Below are positions 22,164-32,146 of a DNA stretch of 64,000 bases, one piece after another. Positions within the stretch are counted from its first letter, which is position 1, and every line of letters begins with the position of its first letter. Under the pieces are notes generated by a model, which was given only the letters and a program-made list of their open reading frames with translations, was not told the DNA's origin and searched no databases. The translations under genes were made by a program, and so were the position numbers. The DNA is from Porphyridium purpureum (taxonomy: Eukaryota), in the NCBI GenBank assembly GCA_008690995.1, contig VRMN01000019.1:62001-126000 (forward strand), read 5' to 3'.

Positions 22164-22316
22164 GGTTTCCGGTCAGTTCATAGCAAAACGCGCTGTTTTA
22201 CTAGAAACGCGACTTTTTGTGCCGGATTTCAGAGCTACGTGCGTGCGCCGTGGCGGCAGCTGGAAAGGAGAGAGCGCGGGCGAGCAGACGAGCGCGATCG
22301 ACGGTTTGACAGCGAC

Positions 22317-24557
22317 ATGGGCAATGGTGGCGCTGCGTTTGCTGGCGCAGCGCATGCGCGCATGCACACGGATGCGCGGATCCGGAGGCATGTGCGTGCG
22401 AGTGAGTTTCGAGGGTGGAATGGCCCGTCTGGAAGGCGCACACACGCCGCTCGCGTCGCGCTACCTCGAGGCAGAATGTCGGCAGGGCCAGCGCGTGGCC
22501 TGCGCATGAAGTTTTCGGCTTCGTCGTCGGATACCTCTGCGTCGGAAACTGCTACTGACAGCAGCGGGCCGCTGCTCATTGAGGCGACGGGGTTGAGCAA
22601 GTCGTACGACGGCGAGCGCGTGCAACTGGATAATGTCAGCTTTCAGATTGCACGCGGCGCCAAAGTAGGCGTGGTCGGGCAAAACGGATGTGGCAAGTCG
22701 ACGCTGTTGCGTATTCTGGCAGGCACGGAGTCTCCGGACGCTGGCTCGTTCTGGACGAGAAAGGGAACAGCTGTCGCGATTGTCGGGCAGGAGGAACAGT
22801 TTGACCCATCGCTCACCATTTCCGAGCTGTTGTTCAGGGCGAACACCGAATCGGTGCGCGCCCTGCGCGAGTACGAAACGATTGCGCGAAAGCTGGAGCG
22901 CGCCGCTCAGTCGAGTGCGATCGATGACCCTTCGGCGGAGCACGCCGACGAGATGGCGCGCCTGACAACTCAGCTGGAGCGGTGCACGGTAAAGATGGAC
23001 GCGCTGAATGCGTGGGATCTCGAAGCATTCGCTCGACAAGTGCTTTCTCGGCTCGGTATTGTGGATATGGAGCGCAAAGTGGGCAGCTTATCAGGCGGGG
23101 AACGTAAGCGCATTGCGCTTGCCGCTGCGCTCATTGAGCGGCCAGAGCTCCTCATCCTGGACGAACCCACGAATCACCTCGACATTGATCGCATCACATG
23201 GCTCGAGGAGTACCTGCAGAACCCTGCGCTCAGCGTGGTGGTGGTCACGCACGATCGGCAGTTCCTGGACTCAGTATGTACGAGCATCTACGAGCTTGAC
23301 TACGGCTCTTTGTACACACATCCAGGCAGCTATGAAGCGTTTCTCGAAAACAAGGACGCGCGCATGGATGCCCAGGAGAAACTGGCGCAGGACGCACGCG
23401 TGCGGCTGCGCAAAGAGCTCGAGTGGATGCGCCGACAGCCGAAAGCGCGCCAAGCCAAGTCCAAGTCGCGCATCGAGAATTTTTACAACCTCCAGAAGCA
23501 GGAAGCGGCGGGCGCGCGCGGGCGTGCGGATCTGCAGCTCAGTGTGCAGGTGTCGCGAATGGGGACCATGGTGCTAAACATGGAAGATGTGTGCCTGTCA
23601 TTTGGCCAAAAGAAAATCCTCGATCATTTTAGTTACGAATTTCAGAAGGGCGACCGCGTAGGCGTGGTCGGCCGTTCGGGCATCGGCAAGAGCGCGTTTT
23701 TGCGTGTTTTGGCGCAGTTGCAAAAGCCCGATTCGGGTGTGGTCACGATCGGTGAGACGATCAAGTTTGGCTACTACGAACAGGGCGGGATCGAGATTCC
23801 AGACGAAAAAGACCAGCGCGTGATTGAGTGGGTGACCGAGGTGATGCAGCGCGCAGGCAACGCCGACATGTCTGCAATCCAGCTTCTGGAGCGATTTCAG
23901 TTCGACAAGGCTCAGTGGTACACGTTCATCGACCGTCTTTCCGGGGGAGAGAAACGGCGCTTGCAGCTCATGAAAGTTCTCGCCGAGAAGCCCAACTTCT
24001 TGGTTCTGGATGAGCCATCGAACGATCTCGACCTGCAAACACTCGAGACGCTGGAGGACTTTTTGAGCGAGTTTGACGGAGTCTTGGTGGTTGTTTCGCA
24101 CGACCGGATCTTCATGGACCGCTTGACAAATCACATCTTTGTGTTTCAGGGCGATGGCGTTGTACGCGACTTCACAGGGACATTCACCGATTATTTATTG
24201 CTTGTGCGCGAAGAAGAAAAACTGCAGAACAAATTGTCTTTCGGCGCTGGTCTCGGTGCCGGCCAGGGCGCACAGAGGGTAGCCGCAGAAGAAAAGTCGG
24301 GCTCAAAGCAAGCCAAGACAGCACAGAAAACGGTCAAGACTAAGCTTAGCTACAACGAGCGGCGCGAATATGGCAAAATCCAGGGGGAGATTGACAAATT
24401 GCAGGAAACCCACGCGCGTGTCAATGAGCAATTGCTTGAACCGTCGCTCAGATACACGGAGCTAGCCGAGCTCAGCGAGGAGCTTGCGCGCGTCGAGGCG
24501 CTCATAGATGCCAAAACGGAGCGCTGGATGGAGCTCGCCGAGCTGGCAGGCGACTAG
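22317..24557 (+). CDS. ABC-F family ATPase (Uup/YfmR-like), probably plastid-targeted
   Basis: Two NBDs (GQNGCGKST, LSGGE, LDEPTNHLD; GRSGIGKS, LSGGEKRR, LDEPSNDLD), no TMs, C-terminal coiled coil KLSYNERREY...ERWMEL, and an N-terminal extension with an AAF motif. Confidence 0.92.
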   Translation: MGNGGAAFAGAAHARMHTDARIRRHVRASEFRGWNGPSGRRTHAARVALPRGRMSAGPARGLRMKFSASSSDTSASETATDSSGPLLIEATGLSKSYDGERVQLDNVSFQIARGAKVGVVGQNGCGKSTLLRILAGTESPDAGSFWTRKGTAVAIVGQEEQFDPSLTISELLFRANTESVRALREYETIARKLERAAQSSAIDDPSAEHADEMARLTTQLERCTVKMDALNAWDLEAFARQVLSRLGIVDMERKVGSLSGGERKRIALAAALIERPELLILDEPTNHLDIDRITWLEEYLQNPALSVVVVTHDRQFLDSVCTSIYELDYGSLYTHPGSYEAFLENKDARMDAQEKLAQDARVRLRKELEWMRRQPKARQAKSKSRIENFYNLQKQEAAGARGRADLQLSVQVSRMGTMVLNMEDVCLSFGQKKILDHFSYEFQKGDRVGVVGRSGIGKSAFLRVLAQLQKPDSGVVTIGETIKFGYYEQGGIEIPDEKDQRVIEWVTEVMQRAGNADMSAIQLLERFQFDKAQWYTFIDRLSGGEKRRLQLMKVLAEKPNFLVLDEPSNDLDLQTLETLEDFLSEFDGVLVVVSHDRIFMDRLTNHIFVFQGDGVVRDFTGTFTDYLLLVREEEKLQNKLSFGAGLGAGQGAQRVAAEEKSGSKQAKTAQKTVKTKLSYNERREYGKIQGEIDKLQETHARVNEQLLEPSLRYTELAELSEELARVEALIDAKTERWMELAELAGD

Positions 24558-24559
24558 AA

Positions 24560-25534
24560 TTACGCTTCTGCAATTTGGTTTAAAATCATAGTGAGTCGCT
24601 GTGAGACGGCACAGTAGATGTCCTTGCCGAGCTGCGCGGAAGCCAGTCGCGCGTCCCCAACCGCGCCGAGAACATTTAGGTCCTCGGCTCTCCATGCCAT
24701 GCTCGCCGCGCCGCCATAATAGCTAAGCTCACTAAACTGCACGGCGAGTCCGTCCGCTGCGGATAAAAAGTCAAGCTCCTCGAGGGCCTCATCGACCAAT
24801 GTCGGTTCCAGGAACTGCATGAGCGCTGTCTCTGTAGCGCCGGCGTGGATTCCTATTGCGGACTCACGCACACTAAAGCGAGTGACGGCCTCGGCGCCCA
24901 ACAGTGCTTGTACATTAATTGTGAACACTTTCGGCGACACGTGCTTGAAGCGAAGGGACCGTGCGAAAAGATCTAGATTCGGTGTGTTCCCGCCGTGCCC
25001 ATTCACAAGCACAAGCTTCTCCACGCGCGGCACACCTGCCAGCACTGAGCTGACGACATCATCAAGCAGCTTGTGCAACGTTGTATCGTGCAGCGCCAAT
25101 GTGCCTGGAAACGCAGAGTGCTCAAAGCTTGCTCCAATGCGCAAGGTCTCAAGACGAAGCCACACAACCGAGATCGAGGCAGCGTTCTGGCTACGCTCAC
25201 TGGAAAGTCTGCAGAGCGCCGCGTCCACCAGATGGTCAGTCAGAATAGAATCGGTCGCCAGCGGCAAGTGAGGGCCATGCTGCTCCGTTGCTGCGATCGG
25301 CAACACCACATTAATAGGATTCCGATCTTGCGCATCTGCGTCTTCGATGATTTTCTTCAAGGCCATCCAACTGAGATGTTCCCAGCGATACCATATGCTC
25401 CGGCTTGAAGGCGTTTCAGATGAATTGGAGCAATGTAGGTCCACACGTGCACATTCACTCCGGTCGGAGGCGGATGCCGCGACAAACGCAAATGTGAAAA
25501 AGGCCAACACAAACACCAGTAGCTTGCAGAACAT
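24560..25534 (-). CDS. Creatininase/creatinine amidohydrolase family protein with a signal peptide
   Basis: Motifs EQHGPHLPLATD, EHSAFPGT, NGHGGN and HAGATET; hydrophobic N-terminus MFCKLLVFVLAFFTFAFVAASAS. Confidence 0.9.
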   Translation of the reverse strand: MFCKLLVFVLAFFTFAFVAASASDRSECARVDLHCSNSSETPSSRSIWYRWEHLSWMALKKIIEDADAQDRNPINVVLPIAATEQHGPHLPLATDSILTDHLVDAALCRLSSERSQNAASISVVWLRLETLRIGASFEHSAFPGTLALHDTTLHKLLDDVVSSVLAGVPRVEKLVLVNGHGGNTPNLDLFARSLRFKHVSPKVFTINVQALLGAEAVTRFSVRESAIGIHAGATETALMQFLEPTLVDEALEELDFLSAADGLAVQFSELSYYGGAASMAWRAEDLNVLGAVGDARLASAQLGKDIYCAVSQRLTMILNQIAEA

Positions 25535-25601
25535 GATTCGTGAAGCTACGCACTTTCTCTGCTCCGCTGTTCTCTTTTTCGTATCGTCTCCTCGTTGTCC
25601 C

Positions 25602-26480
25602 TCAGCGTGTGCGTGTACAACGCGTGAACGCAGCTCGCAGCAGCACGTCAGCGATATAGAACGTCCCCGAGTCTGGCGCCAGATAAAAGTCGATCGAGTG
25701 AGCCTTTTGCGGCGCAGAGCCTAGCACGTCACTGGACACCAACACTCGCACCGAGCTCGACTCCTGCGAGGCCGCAATGGACTCCGATCCGTCACTGGGC
25801 TTGTCTTCGTCGTTGTCGGTCTGAAAGAGTTGTCCTATCACCTCGCCCCCGATATGCACTGCGACGGTTGCGCCACTCATGGATGTAAACAAGCCCTCCA
25901 CCCAGCTGAATGCGCGAGACTCAGAGCTGCCCGCGGCGCCGGCGAAGCGCGCGTCCGGGATGAAGATGGTGAGCCGGTTGGCCGGCACAGAAAACAACAA
26001 CTCGAGCTCCGGCTCTGATCGCGACTTAAGGCGGTCGCAGTGCCGGAGCAGCGGATCAGGAACGTGCGCTCTGAGTCCTGGGTTGTGGCCAAGTTCTGGC
26101 CACTGCGGATACACGAAACAGATCCAGCGCGAGCGGAAATCCTCTCTGCTGCGCATGCCACGCTCCGACAACGTGAGCTGCGGCGTGTGCGGGCTGTACA
26201 GCTGCTTGTACAGACTTTGCTTGCTTTCGTAATCTTCGTCGGACGCGCCTTGCTGCGCCCGCTCGGTCTCACCTTCCTCACCAAAGTGCAGCTTCAGAAA
26301 TGACTCCCAAAGCCTCACGGGCGAGTCCACACCTTCGCGCGGCTTCCAGATCCCGAAATACAACGCGCGGCAGCTCGTGCACAGCGCCAGAACGTCGCTC
26401 AGCGCCAAATTGAGCAGCACGCGCTCCAGGATCTCCACGGGAAGCGCTCCGACCAAGAATTCCGCCGCCGACAACGTCAT
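25602..26480 (-). CDS. F-box domain protein
   Basis: N-terminal LPVEILERVLLNLALSDVLALCTSCRALY F-box signature. Confidence 0.75.
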   Translation of the reverse strand: MTLSAAEFLVGALPVEILERVLLNLALSDVLALCTSCRALYFGIWKPREGVDSPVRLWESFLKLHFGEEGETERAQQGASDEDYESKQSLYKQLYSPHTPQLTLSERGMRSREDFRSRWICFVYPQWPELGHNPGLRAHVPDPLLRHCDRLKSRSEPELELLFSVPANRLTIFIPDARFAGAAGSSESRAFSWVEGLFTSMSGATVAVHIGGEVIGQLFQTDNDEDKPSDGSESIAASQESSSVRVLVSSDVLGSAPQKAHSIDFYLAPDSGTFYIADVLLRAAFTRCTRTR

Positions 26481-26623
26481 CCCGTCGCCGCGCCGCCGTG
26501 CACGCGCGTCCCGCCGTCACGGCGAGAACAAGCGCTCGGCGCACATTTCGAGCTCGCCGCGCGAGATTCAGCCAATGCAGGCGCCATCGAGTGACCGTCA
26601 ACTCGCGCGGCAGTGGACTGGCC

Positions 26624-27721
26624 ATGCAAAGCAGGGACTGTGGCATGGCGGCGTTCGCTGGATACTACTGGAGCGCGGCGAGCGGGAGCCGCACGTGTCT
26701 CCGTCGGCATGTGAAAGTCTGTGAGCGGCTCGTCGCCTGTGCGCCTCGTGTGGCGCGTCGCAGTATCAGTGACACAGTCGGCAAGGCAAGTCGAAGAACT
26801 CATGGTGGAACACGATTCGTGGTGCCACGCGCGACGACGTCGGAAGCTGGAACAGATGTGCCGCCGTCAGGGTCGGGCGATTATATGGCTGAGCGTCGGC
26901 TAGCGTTGGGTGCGGCGATAGCGTGCGAGATTCTTGGGTTTGGGATTCCGCTGCTGGCCGCGATAGCGGACGCATCTGCGTCCGGGCAGGACGGCAATAC
27001 GCTGATGCACTTGTTGCAGACCAAGTACAGTACACACTTTGCGATGATGCTGCTCCTCAACGGCTTTGCCGTCATTCATAGCGGCCTGGCGGCGCTTCGC
27101 CCACGTGTTGCACAGCTTGTGGGCGAACGCATCTACCGAGTGATATTCGCGCTCTGCTCGCTCCCAGCAGCCGGGTACGTGATTGCATTCTATATTGCGC
27201 ATCGCTACGACGGCATGCAGCTGTGGACCATCCAAGGCGTGCCGGGTGTGCACGACGCTGTGTACGTTTTGACCTTTGTGAGCTTCCTGTTCCTGTACCC
27301 GGCAACGTTCAACCTGCTCGAGGTTGCGGCCGTCCAAAAGCCGGGATTCCGAATCTACGAGACGGGCATCACGCGCATCACACGCCACCCGCAATTGTGG
27401 GGCCAATTGATGTGGTGCGTGGCACACTGCGCGTGGACAGGAACAACCTTACCTCTTGTAGCGTCCGCGGGTCTGCTCGCACACCATTTTCTCGGAGCGT
27501 GGCATGGCGACGTGCGTCTGCAAAACACGTACAAGCAGGCATGGGAGCAATATGCAGTCCGCACGAGTCTGCTTCCGTTCGCCGCGGTCGTGCGCGGTGA
27601 CCAGACAATCCAGTGGCGCGAATTCGTCAGACCTGCGTACATTGGCGTCATCGCGTTCACGCTCGGTGCGTACGCCGCGCACCCTGCGATGCTGCGCCTC
27701 ATCGGGGAGCTGCATCTGTGA
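26624..27721 (+). CDS. Z-ISO: 15-cis-zeta-carotene isomerase (NnrU family), plastid-targeted
   Basis: Motifs HSGLAALR, HRYDG.QLW, FLFLYPATFNLLEVAAV, ETGITRITRHPQ and WHGD; transit-peptide-like N-terminus. Confidence 0.93.
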   Translation: MQSRDCGMAAFAGYYWSAASGSRTCLRRHVKVCERLVACAPRVARRSISDTVGKASRRTHGGTRFVVPRATTSEAGTDVPPSGSGDYMAERRLALGAAIACEILGFGIPLLAAIADASASGQDGNTLMHLLQTKYSTHFAMMLLLNGFAVIHSGLAALRPRVAQLVGERIYRVIFALCSLPAAGYVIAFYIAHRYDGMQLWTIQGVPGVHDAVYVLTFVSFLFLYPATFNLLEVAAVQKPGFRIYETGITRITRHPQLWGQLMWCVAHCAWTGTTLPLVASAGLLAHHFLGAWHGDVRLQNTYKQAWEQYAVRTSLLPFAAVVRGDQTIQWREFVRPAYIGVIAFTLGAYAAHPAMLRLIGELHL

Positions 27722-29315
27722 GCAACGCGCTCGGCGCCAAGTATATGCGGCGCTGTAGAGGACAGACTTTGTCGAGCTACGCTACACAATCAACGCCAAC
27801 GCCGGATGTCAAGCGGCGAATGCACCACATACGAACTCGCGCTGCGTCTGTGGCGCTCTACAGGCACGTGCTGGCAGAACGATGCAAAGATTATGGCACA
27901 TAACGCGTCACAAATCAGCATGCCACACCGCACCAGAGCGTGTTCGCCATCTTCAAGCGGTGCGACAAGATGGAGCCACCTCTTCCCATCCTATGCTCTT
28001 GTCAGAGCATGTGGAAGCGTAAACCTTTCCATGACCGAAGCCTTCTGCGTTTTTTTGCTTTTAACAAGGAGTGCGCACTGCATCCGCAAAGAGATTGATC
28101 TAATAAAGCGTTGCGCGCCATAAAATACATTTTTTGGGGGGAGAATGCAACGTATTCACGCGGCACTTTGAGAAATGCCACGAACGTCCGAGTGCTTCGC
28201 GCGAATCTCCCTTGTCGCGGCTCGTTTGCATCGAGCAAACTCGCGAGGGCAAGAAAGGTATTGATTTCAATGGGTTCACGGGTCGGTTCCACGAAGAAAC
28301 GAAGGAAAAGTTGGAAAGGAGGCTCCGAAATTAGTTGGTGGTTCTTTTGTCAGTATAAGTGGCCTGAATTAACCAAGAAATCCGTCGTCACGAGCGTGTT
28401 TTTCCTCCTTCCGTATTCTCTGTCAACCAGAGTCAAAACTGCCGGACAGGAACTTTCCGTCGCTCAACGAGCGGTCGCGTGCGGTTGGTGTTCGCACACC
28501 GCTGACTGGGACGTCGTTGCGCGACGAGAAGAATCACGGAAAATCTACAGACACTTACAGGTATCTTGCAAATGTCTCGGTGGGACAGCGTATAAATAGG
28601 TGCGTCGACACCTACGAGGCAAGGCAGGCATGCGAAGAATGGTCGCTATATTTGTCAACATACAGGTGTCTTACATTCGACCAATTGGGGTGAGGGTACC
28701 TGAGGCAACGTCGTCGTTGACGTCGACATAGACGAAGAAGAACTAAACGAGGAACAAAAAGAGTGTGACAAAACACGCAGGTTTACTGAAGGCCTTTGAG
28801 GCAACGTTCTGCAGTTTCTTCGTCTTGCGACGGTTAATGACTACCCAGAGTGGTTTCGAAACAGTGCCTCCACTCGCTGTACCACCTTAAATCTGTAACG
28901 TTGGTGAGTATAGCTTGGGGCGGAACAGGACGATCTCGTTTCTGTCACGGATGCAAACACGAAAAAAGGAGCATCAGAGGATTGTCTTTGTCAATCTTAA
29001 TCAAATTCTGAGCAAAATTTTAGTGAATACTGTAACTCATCCAGCACTGCACATCCTTCCATGCTTTGACCCGTTCAGTCATGTGAAACGTTTACGCCGT
29101 GACATACGACTATTCCCGATCAAGTAACAATCAATCGCAAGAATTCGCGCCGAGCCGCCACCTCTCTCCCCGCTATCCACGCTGAAAGCATGCTCTGCTA
29201 TGGCTCTTTTCATAGCCGAACCAAAGAATCACACAATTACTTTGCAGGCTACCTTTTCAACCAAGAATCGTCAAAGCATAAATATGCTGTTCCATCGAAC
29301 GGGTCCCCATGTCAA

Positions 29316-29597
29316 TCAGAAAGATACGTGGTCAGGGCGAAGCGTGTTCAGGATGTTCGTAAACATCACGCTTTGCAGATAGTATTTCACTGTTTCGCCG
29401 TTCATTGCATGTGGCTTCGACTTGATGAATTTGAAATTGCTTTTGGCAGTTCCAAACCACCATTCCACCTCTACTCTCCCTCGTTTCAAGCTCAAATGCA
29501 ATCGTACTCGAACATGTCCTCGTCGTGGATCACTTGAAATACTACGCCCCGTCGTGTACGGACGAATGATTCGCTGTGCTCGAGCGTACCCGGAGTG
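29316..29597 (-). mobile_element. PIF/Harbinger-superfamily (DDE_Tnp_4-like) transposase C-terminal remnant
   Basis: One minus-strand frame reads HSGYARAQRIIRPY...RGRVEVEWWFGTAKSNFKF...KYYLQSVMFTNILNTL, matching the DSGY...PY / R..VE..FG / TN motifs. First D appears as H, with a stop just upstream. Confidence 0.6.
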
Positions 29598-30229
29598 TTA
29601 CCAATGCTGAGCCTTTATTTTCTGCTTCTTCTCTTCTCTCCGAGCAAGACCTGACCGGCTAGTCCGGGCTGGCGCGTCGCCTTTTTATACCCGTACTTCC
29701 GCCAGGGACAGCAAGGCGCCACGAGAAATGACAATGCAAATCATTGACATTTCTGCGCGCGTCTAGAAGGTTCTGGAACCTCTAGCTTCTAGAAACGATT
29801 AAACGGTCTACCGGTTTAACAGCTTACCATTTTCGGATTAGCCGAACCGTTTTAGGTGACTGGGGTCGAACGGAAAACAGTCTGCGCGTTCGTGTGTTTG
29901 GGCGCCTGTGTTTTCGCAAGCGTGCCTGTGTGCCTGTGCGCGTGCCTGCAAGTGCCTGCGTGTGCGCCAGTGTGCGCGTGTGCGTGGGCAAGAAAAAGAC
30001 GAACAAATTATGAGCCGGAAGCTACCGGAGGCGCGAAACTTGTGGCAGACATTGAGGGCTTTGAATAACAATGCTTTTCAAATATCTGCTCGTCAAAGAA
30101 ACGGAGGAACGAGTTAACGGTGTTCGAAAAGTTGCTCTTCTTCAGTAGCCTGTAAATGGTGAGCACAGTTCATTCGTACGGACGTAAAAAGCTTTCATTA
30201 CATTGGAGCGCAGTGGGTGGTGGATTAAA

Positions 30230-32146
30230 CGCCCAAAGCGACCTTCAATGCAAATTTGTAATTGCACCAACGAAGCCGATGCTTTCGGTGCACGCTTTCG
30301 CTGGAGCGCGTTGTACTTTGCGCCAAGCCGTGAGGGTCTCGCGCTGGCGCTTGTTCTTCACATTTTGAGGTATAAGATTCCGCACCTGGGCAGACTGCTG
30401 GCTGGTATCTTTCGCCGCCATATGTGCCTTCCTTCATCGTGTGGCCGGTGGCAGCATACTGTTTTGGGACTTTCTATTCCCACCGTACTCGGCCACCTTT
30501 TGCAGTAGGTCGCGTGGCGGATCGACGGCTAGTAATCAATAGATTTCGCTTCTTTTCCTGGTCTTCAAGAAGCTGTTCTACGCCCGCCTTGGTGGCATGT
30601 GGCGCAGGCGAATCTTCTACCCGGAAACACTCTCGCAACTTTTCGAATAAACTTCCGCCGCCGCCGCGCGCTTCGACCATTTCAATTTTCGCAAGAATAT
30701 GCACGATTGCCGGTCTTCCGGTTTCTCGCGCCAAATTCCTTGCCGGAGAGTTCCGTTACCCAGTCGTTGCGAAAGCATCGAGCTCTTGGACCAAAGCTTC
30801 TCTTTGGAAAATGCAGAACGGCGATAGTGATGCATTGGTCCAAGTATTGCAAAAAGAGAGTTGTGTCAGTAGATGGGTGAAGCAACGCAGTGCCAAAGAA
30901 CAGGCTAGAGACAAGAACTACAATGATGTGACCAATGAAAGCAGTGACTTTGCGCGCGTCATACCGGAGGGCTATTAAGCATCTTTCCAGTAAAAAATGG
31001 CATCTCCTGTTTGCACTCGGCCGGGTTGCTCTTCTTCATTTCAAACGCTGCTCTCTCAGCAGCTTGGTCTCCACATAATGCAAATTTGACGAACAACTCT
31101 TGAAGTCCGGCGATGCGCCATCGGCGACACAAGAACACGTCCATCAGCGGAGGGCCATCTTCTGTATCCGACGCACAGTGCGTCGTTGCACATTTTCTGT
31201 CGGAATGAGTCCCGAAATCTGATGTTTCGTGCCTAAGCGTCGCCAACTCCAGACGCAGGTCCTCGCATACCTTCTGTCCAGCCCTACGTTGGACGTTAGC
31301 CATGCTAACAGAGCCAATAAAGACGTGGCGCTTGTTCAAACTCGGCGTGACCCAAAGGTACAGCGCCAGCGCCAAACTGGACATCCGCCCGGGTTTGCTG
31401 GGTTGCTGCACACGTGCTTTGGCGCTTCGCACCCATTGTTTCCTTCTTGGTCGGTCTTGGAGTGCGAGAACTTCACAACTAGGGCGTCTCTCGACCATGT
31501 CACGTTGTTTACCGTAATCAGTCGAGTGACCTCGGCGCGGCAGAAAAGAAACCAGAAGAGGGCATGGAATGCAAGTGCAAAGAAACTGGGAGAGATAGAA
31601 GAATTGCCGAGGAGAAATGCTCTACATACAAGAATTTAAGTAGAGTATGTTAAAGCACATGCTCCGGGTTCTTTGCTTGGTTCTTCCACCCGCCGACGCG
31701 CTACACCACGCCGATGAGCCTAGAACATGTTTTTGATAAGCACACTCCTCATGAACTTTGGCATCATCACACCAGTGTCCGAGAAGTGATTGAACACGTT
31801 AGAGCGCACAGTTTTCGGGAATGTGCTGCCTGCACCGTCCGCATCAACCAGCCCCTTGTAAATGGTCGGCATTATCTCCTCTGTTGGATAGCCAAGAAGC
31901 TGCAGAAGATGCCGGTTTGCTGGAAACACGGGCGAGAAGAGCGAATTGATCAACTGACTGTTCTGCCGGACCCGATGGCCGTCTAATTCCATGGTCTTCC
32001 ATGTAATGCGCGAGTACGTACTTCAGAAACTTGCGCTGATTAGGCAGGTACGTTTTGTGAGTCCCTGTGGTATTACGGCCGCGCGCTAGCTCCGCGACCT
32101 TTGCACTCGCGCGCTCACGCCGCACAGCTGCTGTAAATCCCTTCAT
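30230..32146 (-). mobile_element. Decayed Crypton-type DNA transposon (tyrosine recombinase pseudogene)
   Basis: Across frameshifts the minus strand gives RNTTGTHKTYLPNQRKF; WFLFCRAE...VTWSRDALVVKFSHSKTDQEG...PKHVCSNPANPGGCPV/LALALYLW; DFGTHSDRKCATT...GPP...RRW...GDQAAER; VLWHCVASPIY; ETGRPAIVHIL. This is the motif order of CryptonS-like recombinases. Confidence 0.8.
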
